From Octopus sinensis (Eukaryota), in assembly GCF_006345805.1 (NCBI RefSeq), contig NC_043005.1:63612001-63676000 (forward strand): DNA of 64,000 nucleotides. Reading direction: 5' to 3'. Made by a program: the position numbers and the translations under genes. The notes under the pieces are model-generated. The model was not told the origin of the DNA. It made no database searches and saw only the letters and a list, made by a program, of their open reading frames with translations. Of the stretch, positions 52,901 through 64,000 are shown piece after piece. Every line of letters starts with the position of its first letter. Within the stretch, counting starts at the first letter, position 1.

Positions 52901-54904
52901 TTCAGTTGATTAAAAGTTATTTCCGATTCACCAAATTAACTACTGTAGTCAGTGAGTAACTATAATTCCTTCATGCAGACTGTCCTCTTGGGAAATTTTC
53001 CAATGTCTCTATTAAAGTAAACCTATGATATAAAATGTTCATTCTGCTTTGCTTTTAAGTCAAGCTAGTCTTTGAATTAACAGACTTCGCATGAATTCAA
53101 CCATCAAAACATTACAGGAATTTTCCCCGTAACAGTAACTAATAGTTCTAACACTGCAAATTTGCCACAACAATTATCGAGAAATATTTTACTATGTTGC
53201 TCAAACTGCTAGAAATAGCAGCCAGTTTGTCTTAAAACATTCTAAAACATTCATTTTAAGTGAGAGCTACTTTGAATTATGCAGAGTGCTAAATATAGCC
53301 CTAGACTGCCTTTGTTCATTCATCTTTGAGATCAGAGTCCATTGCGAGCTAAACAATAACAGATAGTAGTTGTAGGAGTGAAAGGCCCAAGAGAATTTGG
53401 CCTTAGAGAAACCACACAAAACACTCGATCTTCATTATTGTAGCATTTTATTTTTACTATAACTTATTTCAATAATCATTGGCTGCTGTAGCTATTGGAA
53501 ATAGTTTCCATATCGTCAGAGAGTGTTACCTGAGATAAACTGCTTTCCAAACCAGAGGAAATTTATCTTTACGCTTGATCACTTAAGCCCACGAAACCGG
53601 AAACCGATATCGTCCATTATGAACTTTTATTACAAGAGTTAGGAACTATTAGCACTTACAGTATTTTGTACATATAACTACCATATGACGAGTTCTTTTT
53701 TTTCTTTTCTGTCATTGGCATTCTTATTGTTGCTATCATTTAGTCCCGAGTCAAATCTGGTTGAGCAGATAAATAATCAACGATATTCCTATTATGAACA
53801 TGTCTTTGTATTTACATGCAGTGTATCTATGACTGCATTAGCCAATGTCTTTAGTTCTTTTTCAATTTTAAGTCGGTAAGGAGCGATATGTAATATAATG
53901 GCGATTTAACTTCTCCTTCTCATATCTTGAGCGACCACGTAGAGGCTCCTTTAGTGTCTAAAACCGCGAGTTTTGAAACAAAGCACTGAACAGTATATCT
54001 TACAATATTTACAACGAAATAACACTGTATAATGGTGTTATGTTGTCATAACTACAACCATTAGTGAGAGTATTTATAGTGTTATAAATGAATCATTATA
54101 ATGGTGTCCTTTAATGTTGTTGCTAACAGGACATTGCTGTGGTTTTCCTATTCGTGAGCGATACACATATACATAAGACTCTATAGTCTGATGTAATATT
54201 CTCCATCTATATTTATAAGATGGATCGCGTGTCGGTTTTGATGACGAGAATTCTAGTTTTTATATCAATAGAACTAACTACTATTATAAAGTAAGTGGAT
54301 GAATATTTCGCAGATACTTATATTCGCCTCGTTATACAACGTATTCTGGATGTCATTATACTGAGGAAATGCTCTGGCTACTGGATATACAACAGGAATT
54401 CCAAAGTACCCGAAGAGTTTAAATAGATAAATAATAGAAAACAGATTGAACAATTTCCTTTATTTAAAAATTACTACAATTGTTTCGACACATTCTTACA
54501 TCTCATCAATGTACTCGTAATCACTATCATTCATTCAACGTGTAAAATGTGCCTCCTCAGGTACTGTTTAAATCAGTCCTTTGTGAGATCCTAGTCATTA
54601 CACTCAGTGTGAGAATGCCTTCCCAATGCAGTGTGCTGTTTTCAACAGTTTACAGATAAAGCTAAACTCATAATTATACTGACAGACAAAATACAATCAT
54701 AATCAAAATACAAAATACAGAAATTAAAAAACTGACAAAAAAGGGGGGATTAGGTTGACAATAAATTACAATTCTATCATGATAGATTATAAAGAATTAA
54801 CTATAAAATTAAGCATTTAGAGATTATAACGTGACAGAGTGATGAAGATTGACCATTTCTGTGCTTATCAATTGCTTTCTTAAAGAATCTAAATTGCCCC
54901 CTGT

Positions 54905-55230
54905 GAAGGTGCGTGACTTACTGGTTAGGGTATTCGGCTCACGAATGTAAGGTCGCGAGTTCGATACCCAGCGGTGCGTTGTGTTATTGAGCAAAACACT
55001 TCATGCTGCTCCAGTTCGCTCAGCTGTAGAAATGGGTAGTACCCGTATTTCAAAGGTCCAGCTTGACACATTCTGAGTCACGTCATGATGAATATCATTG
55101 AGAACTACATTCAGTTTACACGTGTCTGTGGAGTGCTCAGTCTCTCCTTCGTTAATTTCATGAACAGGCTGATCTGTTGATCGCATCAACTGGAATACAC
55201 GTTGTCGTAACTAGAGGAGCGCCAGTTTTT
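54905..55230 (+). mobile_element. tRNA-headed SINE sharing the family C central block but with a different 3' half
   Basis: ctggttagggtattcggctcacg..gagttcgataccc..tgagcaaaacact..tgctccagttcgctcagctgtagaaatg, then unrelated sequence. Confidence 0.7.
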
Positions 55231-55464
55231 GTAATTATCCCACGCCTTTCACAATGAAACACCTGCCCCCGTTCTCTACTCAAATCAGTCAATTTATAAA
55301 CTTAATCTATGACCGGCTAGCTTTTATATCGTTTTTCTTTTTAAACAACTAGGAAAATAAATTAAGTAAATTCTCACCCGTATACATATACATTCTTTCG
55401 TATACCCACATGACCAGATATGAAGGCAAGATGAATTAGTAGCATAAAATATACGTAGATGTGT

Positions 55465-55870
55465 GTCAAGAATTATGCTTCCCGAACATATGGTTCCGGG
55501 TTCGGTCTTGGGCAAATATCATATTATACCCTCCGGTCGACCAAATCCTTGTAAGTGGATTTCGTAGACAGAAATACAAAGAAGCCCATCATACACATGT
55601 AAATATATCTGTGTTTGTTTGTGTGAGTGCGCGTGTGTTTGTGTGTGTGTCTGCATGGTCTGTGTTTGTCCCCCACCATGGCTTGACAACTCGTGTTGGT
55701 GTGTTTACGTCCCGTAACGTAGCAAATCGAAACAAAAAACGACAGAATAAACACAAGGCTTAAAGCAAAAATAAAAAGTATTGGGATCGATTCGTTGGAC
55801 TAAAGTTCTCCAGGGCAGTGCCCTGGCCTGGTCACAGTCTAGGGACCGAAACAAGTAAGTGATAAAAGAA
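55465..55870 (+). mobile_element. SINE family B copy
   Basis: cttcccgaacatatggttccgggttcgg..gtcgaccaaatccttgtaagtggatt..(TG)n..gtgtttacgtcccgtaac..gaccgaaacaagtaag. Confidence 0.8.
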
Positions 55871-55908
55871 ATATCTATTTATATATGTACACATACGACT
55901 TTTACATA

Positions 55909-56464
55909 TTGGGTTGTCCGGAAAGTTTTAAAGGTAAGGAAAAGGTCAATAAATACTTGCCATTACATTTTTGATCAGCCCAATATGAACCATTTTGTTG
56001 CACAATGCGACTCCATCTTTCCTTTAATATGAAAATACCCTCTTCCCAGAATTGAGGTGGTTTCATGGCAAAGAATTCACTAAGGTATCTTTTTACGTCA
56101 TCCAAGGAATTGAAAATTTTACCATTAAGACTATTCTGCCGAGACCTGAATAAGTGGAAATCCGAAGGAGCAATATCTGGTGAATATGGAGGGTGGAGTA
56201 ACACATCCCAGCGGAGCAGCAGCAATTTTTGTCTGGTTCCCATAGCATCAATTGCCGAAAATGAACTTTTTTATCTTTCATTTTAAAGGGTTACAGAATT
56301 AACACAGGTTATAGGAACATAAACCTTCTTCCACGAAAAGTCAGCTTAAACTGTGGCTCTAAATGCAGGTGTAGTCAAATCCTATTTTATGGACTCAACC
56401 ACGTTCTAAAATAAGTCGAAAGGTAAGCTACAATCAATCGGCACGAACTTTCCGGACAACCCAA
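55909..56464 (-). mobile_element. Internally deleted mariner (Tc1/mariner DD34D-type) transposon, 556 bp, TA TSD
   Basis: TIR ttgggttgtccggaaagtt at both ends, flanked by TA. N-terminal MKDKKVHFRQLMLWE is fused to C-terminal TRQKLLLLRWDVLLHPPYSPDIAPSDFHLFRS..GIFILKERWSRIVQQNGSY. Confidence 0.95.
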
Positions 56465-56893
56465 TACTATTTTTAAAATAGGCATACGTATACACTTCTT
56501 ACTACTATTTAAAAAACTGAAATAAATAATTACGAATATTATAAAGTAAAGTGAAATAAAAAGATACATGCGTGTACTTATTTATATATTCCACATGTAC
56601 AATTCTTACTAAACTATTGTTTTAAAATACAAAAATTGATAATACGATTCAGTACAGTTAAATATATATATTTAAAATGAAGTATGTATTTTATATAACT
56701 TTATTATGTAATCACTATTCTTGGTTTGAAAAGTAGTAAGAATGTATGTATATTTTGAATTTATGAATACATACATGTATTTTTATTATATTACATTTAT
56801 TTATATATTTTACTTATAGAAATGCGCCAAAACAGTTGTAACGATTTAAAATCAAGAATGTCATTCAATCCATTTTCTATTACACACACACTC

Positions 56894-56930
<37 letters not shown>

Positions 56931-57152
56931 CATAAATACACGTAAATATATGTGTTTGTGTGAGTATACACAATATATATGTGTATGTGTATTCCATTTT
57001 TTCCTCAGCGTAAATCTAATACACTCTGTCTCCGTTTTATTAATAACTTTACTTATCTTTTATATTTTACTTGTTCCAACCATGTCTACACACACAGACG
57101 CGCACACACACACACACAAATGTATGTATGTATTTATGTAAGTATATGTGTG

Positions 57153-57472
57153 TATGGCTTAGAGGTTACAGCGTCGGGCTCACAATCATGAGGTAGTGAG
57201 TTCGATTCCCGGACAGGACTGTGTGTTGTGTTCTCGAGCAATACACTTTATTTCACGTTGCTCCAGTTGACTTGGCTGTAGAAATGAGTTGCCACGTCAC
57301 TGGTGCCACCCTGTATCAACCGTTGCCTTTCCCTTAGATAACATCGGGGGCCTGGAGAGGGGAGGCTGGTATGCATGGGTGACTGCTGGTCTTCCATAAA
57401 CAACCTTACCTGGACTTGTGACATGGAGGAGAACTTTATATGTGCAATCCCATTATCATGACCGAAAGGGTT
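57153..57472 (+). mobile_element. SINE family C, full-length copy
   Basis: tggcttagaggttacagcgtcgggctcacaatcatgaggtagtgagttcgattccc (A/B boxes) + body + catgaccgaaaggg. Confidence 0.9.
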
Positions 57473-57577
57473 TTTATATCATATATACATATATATATAC
57501 ATGTGTGTGTGTATGTGTGTTTGTGTGTGTATGAGTAATATATATATATGTACGTATGTATGTTTGTATGTATGTAT

Positions 57578-57960
57578 AGGCGTAGTCATGGCCGTTTGGT
57601 AACAAACTACATAGTTACCGATTGAATATCACTCTTACTCTAATGTCCTTGCGACCAAAGCCTTGTGGGTAGATTTGGTAGATTGAAACACAAAGAAACT
57701 CGTTGTATATCTATGTGTGTGTGTGTGTGTGTGTGGTGTGTGTGTGTGTGTGTTTGTGGCAGTGTTTGTTCCGCAGCGCCGCTTGGCAACCGGTATTGGT
57801 GTGTTTACATTCTCGTAACTTCTTAGCAGTTATGCAAAAGTAGCATAATAGAATAACTACTAGGTTTAAAATCTGGGGTTGATTCATTCGACTAAAATCC
57901 GTCAAGGTGGTTCCCCAACATAGCTGCAGACTAATGACTGAAACAACTATAATAAACGGT
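57578..57960 (+). mobile_element. SINE family B copy
   Basis: taggcgtagtcatggccg..gcgaccaaagccttgtgggtagatttggtag..(TG)n..cttggcaaccggtattggtgtgttt..gactgaaacaac. Confidence 0.78.
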
Positions 57961-58169
57961 AAATAATATTTCATCAAATTGCTGCTTTCGTAAGGTATGA
58001 ACACTTTCGATTTCATTTACCACAATACATAACTGGTATGTATTCTATAACTACAAAATTGATGAAAGACAAAATTAGCTTAAAAACTCATTATATTAAG
58101 CACTTTGCTTCGAATTTCAAGTGGATCTCTTTGCAATAATGCTACTAAAGCTAGTACTGCTTTTCATTA

Positions 58170-58365
58170 GAGGCGCAGGACCTTTAATTTTGGGGGAAGG
58201 AGGATTTGCGATTACATCGATCCTGGCGCTCAAATGATACTTATTTTATCATCCTTAAAGGATGAAAAGCAAAGTTGATCTCAGCGGACTCTGAACGCAG
58301 AATGTAAAACGGACGAAATTCCGCTAAGCATTTTAGTCTGGTTTGTTAACGATTCTGCCAGCTCG
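58170..58365 (-). mobile_element. SINE family A copy
   Basis: ggatgaaaagcaaagttgatctcagcggactctgaacgcagaatgt..ttaacgattctgccagctcg. Confidence 0.82.
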
Positions 58366-58384
58366 TATAATAATAATAATAATA

Positions 58385-58421
<37 letters not shown>

Positions 58422-58446
58422 GAAGAAGAAGAAGAAGAAGAAGAAG

Positions 58447-59297
58447 ACATAGGGAAACCAAAAACCCAAATAAAGTTAAAAACCAGAACAAAGAACAGAA
58501 ATTATCTGACTGGCAGGATAAGGTATTACATGGCAGATTGCCAAAGATGGCTGCAGCAAACAGTAGTAGTGAGACATGGTTATGGTTGCAGAAAGGAAAG
58601 CTGAAATGGGGGACAGAAAGCTTGTTAGTAGCTGCATAAGACCAAGCATTAAGGACTAATTGGATAAAAGCCAAAATAGACAAAAACCAAGTAGATTCCC
58701 AATGTAGGTTATGCAAATCAAAAAGAAGTGAAGGTAGCATGTGGCAGAGAAAGCCTACAAGACATGACAACCTAGGGAGAGTAATCCATAGGGAGTTATA
58801 TAGAAAGCTAGCATTTGAACATACTAATAAATGGTATGAACATTAACCTAGTAAAGTGCTAGAAAGTAAAAAAATACAAGATGTTATGGGACTTTAACAT
58901 TCAGACTGAGAGAGTGGTAGAAACTAGGCCTGATAAACTAGATAAAGAGAATAGAAAATGCCAGATAATTGACTTTACAGTCCCAAATGATTAACATAAG
59001 AAGTATAGAAAAAATAGCAAAGGACCAGGAGCTAGCCATTGAATTACAGAGATTATAGAAAGTGCGGGTAAAATGTTTCCCAGTAGTTACAGGTGCATTA
59101 GGAACTATCTCCAAAGGTCTGAACAGATAGATAGAGAAAGTAGGCATAAAATCCAGTTTAGTACAGCTCGAGAAAACAATGTTATTAGGGACACCAAGAG
59201 TACTTAGGAGGGTTCTTGGCATCTAAGACTACTTGTTGTAGCCCGATGTTGGGATTTTTGTTTTTTCAAACAGTTTAATTTGTTGTGTGTATATGAA
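58447..59297 (+). mobile_element. 3' fragment of a second, diverged R4/Dong-type LINE family
   Basis: WQDKVLHGRLP..WLWLQKGKLKWGTESLLVAA*DQALRTNW..CRLCK..RHDNLG..CQIIDFTVPND..VVTGALGTI..LLGTPRVLRRVLGI; bounded by (AAT)n(AAG)n and (AAT)n. Confidence 0.88.
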
Positions 59298-59316
59298 AAT
59301 AATAATAATAATAATA

Positions 59317-59353
<37 letters not shown>

Positions 59354-59401
59354 TAATAATAATAATAATAATAACAATAATAAATAATAATAATAATAAT
59401 G

Positions 59402-59447
<46 letters not shown>

Positions 59448-59455
59448 TGATGATC
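59298..59455 (+). repeat. (AAT)n array; further arrays at 58366-58420, 59779-59829, 63874-63895, 44141-44183, 45877-45894
   Basis: Read directly; most of these separate R4/Dong-type elements. Confidence 0.98.
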
Positions 59456-59778
59456 ACGTGCAGAAGTAGTGGGGGAGCACCATAGCTATGTGTTGAGAGA
59501 GATTCTTTGGGGTTTGAATAATTCAGCTCTGTTAAACATGGGTGTTTCGTTCAACATCCCTAAACAATCCTTATTCAGGGACCTTTTGAGCGGGATGGGT
59601 TACTCGAACAGATGAAAATTCTAACTGGGTCCCACGTGCAAGGTCATGTGCTGTTTATCTTGATAATGAGACCACCATGTCGCGCACATATGGCTGTGAT
59701 CCATGTGCCTAGTGTACCTTTATCAGATGAGTAGTCATGATGGGTCTCACTTTGATGGCATGCACTGCTCTCTCACTC

Positions 59779-59809
<31 letters not shown>

Positions 59810-59829
59810 GTAATAATAATAATAATAAT

Positions 59830-62800
59830 TTATTCTCATTATTTCGAACTAATACATACAGAGTGAGCCTTGAAGAAAGGAAGAGGAGGAAAAAGGGAAA
59901 AAAAATGTTCGGAGATAAAACTATCAACAAAAAAAATACAGACGAATATAGATCTGCTAGTCTTAAAAAGCTGCTCTATGAGCAATGCTTACATGTAGAG
60001 AACCCTAAACTGACAGATCCATCTCCTAATATAAGAATGGATGCTCGTCATGCTTCAAGGTCAACAAATCAAACAATAAACCGCATTGGTCGTTGCGCGG
60101 ATTACAAAAGACCACGTACCCGAAAATTGAACCAAATTCTGATTGAAAAATCAGCTACTGGATCAAATCTTCCCAACACACAGGAGCTGGACGTACCCCA
60201 CAACCGGAATATTCCAACAGATGGCCATCCATGCTCATCACCAAATAATCAAAAGAAAAAGAAGGAAAAATGGTCTAGGGAAGATAATAAAGAAGTTCTT
60301 GAGGCCTTCTACCATGCCATATATTTCCCCACAGATAAGTCTAGCACTGTACAAGCATACTTAAACTGGAGACAGAAACACCCTTGCCAACGTCAGAAGA
60401 AGCATTATAAAAAGAAATTACTGACTGAAGAAGAGATTGATCAGGTTAGACAAGCAATATCGGATAAAATGAACGAAGCTGCAGCTAGAGAAGATAATAC
60501 AGAGGAAATAATTATAGACCAGCCCAGGGCTGATAAAAACGAAGTGAGGATTGAAAGAGTTAGTATAAGTGATAGGCAAAGTGAAATACTCCCTGAACCA
60601 ATCATAAACACTAAGACAAATGAGCATCAAATAGATAAAGAAAGTCACACAAATATTGACCCAACAGAACTACATGAGCTAAAAAATCAAATCATGATTG
60701 AATGGCTGAAAATTAAAGAAACCAGCATGGATGAACGTGATACACTTCCTAAAATCCGCAACTCTAACCAAAACATGAAAATAATTGGTAAAATCCGGCT
60801 TGCACTTAAGGATATAATTTCAGCTAATGATGTTGATATCACAAACATCAACCACCTATACTATGCATCCGCGAAAATCTCAACGATCCTATGTGGTGTA
60901 AAGATTAGAAAACGGCAACATTCCCACATAAAGCCTTCTTGGCAAGAGCGTCTGCAACAACAAATTAAAATATTTAGATCTGACATTGAATATTTGAAAA
61001 ACCTTAAGGCTCACAAGACTACCAAACCTACAAAAACCCCAAAGTTACTGAAAAAATACAATATGAAAACTATACTTGATATTGATGCCACCATAGAAAC
61101 CATCAACAAAAGGTATCTGCCAAAGCTGCCCGCATAGCGAGGTATGAAAAGCGTGTTAGATTTTCAAGGACAACAACATGTTAAAAATAACACCAAGATT
61201 TTTACAGGAAGATATGAAAAACAGCGTTTACTGCAAGGTCTGTACCATCAAAAGAAGAAGTGCAGGATTTTGGAATAAAATCTGGGCAGAAGAAAAAACA
61301 CACAACGAAAAGGCCCCCTGGATTGATAGAATATCTACAGAACTGGACCCCTTAGAAGAGCAAAAGTGGGAGGGTGTCAAGGTAGAAGATATAAGATCTG
61401 CTCTCAGGAGGTCAAGCAAATGGAAGTCTCCAGGAAAGGATAAAATTCCTAACTTCTGGCTGAATGCCTTCCCAGAGAGCCATGAACTGCTAACAGAACT
61501 GTACAATGATGTTTTGCAACACCCTAGTAGGATGCCTCCTTGGCTAGTTAATGGGTTAACATTCCTGCTTCCAAAAAGTGAAGAAACAAATGAACCAAAA
61601 AACTATAGACCCATAACCTGCTTAACAATATGTACAAAACACTAACATCTGTCCTGACGGAATATACCGATAGTTTTTTAACAGACAGCAGCATATTCCC
61701 TAATGAACAGAAAGGATGTAAACGTGGATCCTACGGCTGTAAAGACCAACTACTCATCAATAAGATGATCTTAGAAGATTGTCACAAACGACACAAAAAC
61801 TTATCAATAGCCTGGATAGACTATAAAAAGGCTTTTGATAGCCTACCACATAGCTGGATTAGGAAATGCCTGGAAATGTATAAGATAGCACCTACTCTGC
61901 GAAACTTCTTGACTGTAAGTATGAGATCATGGAGAACCACACTAACTCTGAACAGTGACAATGAATCCCTAAATGCTGGTGATGTAAAAATTTCGTGTGG
62001 CATTTTCCAGGGTGACTCACTTTCACCACTCCTCTTTTGTTTATCCTTAATACCTCTCTCAAAGCTGCTCAATGACGCGCAGTACGGGTATAAAATGTTT
62101 GATAAAAATATAAATCATCTCATTTACATGCATGATTTAAAGCTTTTTGCAAAAAATGACCAACAACTCAAGGGCTTACTAGCGATAGTCAAACAATTCA
62201 GTGACGACATCAGAATGCAATTCGGCCTCGATAAATGTGCAAAGGCTACCTTATCAAAGAAAAATGACAGAAACATCTAACGTTAATCTTGACCAGCAGA
62301 ATGTCATAAAAGAACTAGACCCAGCGGAGAGCTACAAGTACCTAGGGGTAATTGAAGGGAACGGAATAAGGCATTCAGAGATGAAGGAAAGGATCAGGAG
62401 AGAATGCTATCGAAGAGTGAGAGCAATACTCAAGACAGAGCTGAATGCAAGAAACAGGATCGAAGCGATCAATGCATTAGCCATACCAGTCGTGACTTAC
62501 AGTTTTAATATTGTTAACTGGTCAATTACTGAAATATGTCAGCTCGACAGAAAAATAAGGAAACTGTTGACAATGCATAGTTTGCACCACCCTAAGGCAG
62601 ATACAGAACGACTCTATCTGCCAAGAAAAGAGGGAGGCCGTGGTCTTTTGCAACTGGCAATAACAATGAAGATTGCTACAATTGGCCTAGACACCTACCT
62701 GAAAAACTCTGAGGACTGGATGTTAAAACTTGTCTCAAAACATGAAAACAAGAAAGCATCATACTCAGTCACAAAACAGGCAAAGGAATATCTAAGTGAA

Positions 62801-63872
62801 TTCCGAATACAACCAATTTCGGAATTAGAGATAGACATACAAGAAACAAGCACAGAAAAAGCTAGGCGCATGAAAACCCGTGCCAAAACTGCGGCCTTAG
62901 ATATTCTGAATAATAAATGGCAAGAAAAACCTCTCTATGGCAAATACCCAAGAGAGCGAATAATGCAGATATCGACAAAGCCCTGACCCTCAATGGCTAA
63001 TGGCCTCTGGCTTAAAATCTGAAACAGAGGGTTTATCATAGTAGCTCAAGATCAATGCCTACCAACAAGAAGCTACCAGGCCAACATATTAAAGAACGGC
63101 AGTAGCCCAACATGTCGTGTATGCCGACAACAAAATAAACCATTGACCATGTTGTCTCCAAATGCAGTCTTCTAGCGCCTACAGAGTACCTCAGTAAGCA
63201 TGATAGAGCAGCACAAATATTCACTGGGTAATTTGCAAAAACCTGGATTTGCCCCATGTAAAAAACTGGTGGGAACACAATCCACCCCTGTGCTTGAAAA
63301 TGACCACATCTCACTCCTCTGGAACTTCACCATTCAAACTGACAGGAAGATAGATGCAAATAGGCCAGACATCATATTGAAAGACTTCAGACAAAGAACA
63401 TGCCTCCTCATTGATATGACTGTCCCAATCGATATAAACGTATCTGTCAAGACCTACCAAAAACTGAGCAAATATAAAGATCTTGAAATAGAAATCAGCA
63501 AAATGTGGAAGCTGAAGACTAAAACAATACTTGTTGTCATAGGTGCCCTGGGAATGATAGCGAAAGGGACTGATTGCTACCTAACTCAGATACCAGGAAA
63601 CCCCAAATGGCAGAAATTAAAAAGATAGTGCTCATGGGAACTGCTCATATCCTACGCAAAATACTCTCTATGTAATCCCAAGGTTTAAAACAAACTTTTT
63701 TTTTATTTATTTATTTTTTATTTTTATGTATTAGACATTCACTAGTACAACACCAAAAAAACACAAAAAAAAACCAAATATATGGCACAGAACTTCTAAC
63801 CTGTTGTCTCTTGAGGTCTCTGGGTGAGACTTGGAGCCAACTTGTACAGACATAAAGCAAAAGTCAAACATA
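59830..63872 (+). mobile_element. Near full-length R4/Dong-clade non-LTR retrotransposon (single ORF: RT, CCHC finger, restriction-like endonuclease), inserted in (AAT)n
   Basis: N-terminal KWSREDNKEVLEAFYHA; RT motifs WKSPGKD, NYRPITCL, EQKG, WIDYKKAFDSLPHSW, GIFQGDSLSPLLF, YMHDLKL, YKYLG, LYLPRKEGGRGL; CRVC..DHVVSKC; NRPDIILKD..IDMTVP..KLSKYKDL. (AAT)n lies on both sides (59779-59829, 63874-63895). Confidence 0.95.
60037..63675 (+). pseudogene. R4/Dong polyprotein ORF, inactivated (many frameshifts; catalytic YMDD reads YMHD at 62125-62136)
   Basis: ORF-track fragments 59737..61137, 61178..61645, 61630..62280, 62201..62986 and 63200..63628 are successive frames of one protein. Confidence 0.9.
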
Positions 63873-63895
63873 GAATAATAATAATAATAATAATA

Positions 63896-64000
63896 GTTTC
63901 AAATTTTGATACAAGGCCAACAATTTCGATGGAGGGAGTAAAACGATTACAAGTCAGCGGACACTTATTTTATGACCATTGAAGGATGAAAAGCAAAGTC
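63896..64000 (-). mobile_element. SINE family A copy cut by the window edge
   Basis: tttcaaattttgatacaaggcc..gaaggatgaaaagcaaagtc. Confidence 0.7.

Noticed and set aside
57153-57212. tRNA-like sequences (also 40834, 54905, 14380, 33380)
   Set aside because: They are SINE heads with A/B boxes but no complete cloverleaf, and they continue into SINE bodies; not called as tRNA genes.
59737-60036. ORF-track start of the 466-aa ORF (MMGLTLMAC..NNNN)
   Set aside because: It reads through the upstream segment and the (AAT)n target. The LINE protein more plausibly starts near 60037 or later.

Overview
AT-rich eukaryotic (animal) genomic DNA, most consistent with an octopus/cephalopod genome. This is an inference from the tRNA-derived SINE families and the extreme density of (TA)n/(CA)n/(AAT)n/(GATA)n microsatellites; I cannot confirm the species. 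No intact protein-coding gene can be identified. Most ORF-track hits are microsatellite translations or antisense shadows of transposon ORFs. The window contains: (i) a near full-length but frameshifted R4/Dong-type non-LTR retrotransposon (RT + CCHC + restriction-like endonuclease) at ~59.8-63.9 kb plus two 3' fragments, all embedded in (AAT)n; (ii) a decayed Penelope-like element (RT + GIY-YIG) at 11.66-13.37 kb and a GIY-YIG fragment of a second Penelope lineage at 27.2-27.8 kb; (iii) a CR1/L2-group LINE 3' fragment, a gag/ORF1-like CCHC remnant, an internally deleted mariner, a mariner MITE and a non-autonomous Helitron; (iv) more than 25 copies of at least four tRNA-headed SINE families; (v) several low-confidence candidate exons, including two tandemly duplicated mini-exon cassettes. 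The most striking unannotated signal is about ten type-I hammerhead ribozyme motifs of several unrelated sequence families. Most carry an extra A after CUGANGA and a short or palindromic helix III. Almost all sit inside direct-repeat or fold-back architectures. They include a retrozyme-like 413-bp unit and a tRNA-headed SINE whose tail is the same hammerhead-bearing repeat found inverted on the Penelope element, suggesting a Penelope-dependent ecosystem of small self-cleaving retroelements. All structures were read by eye; none has been folded computationally or searched against databases.
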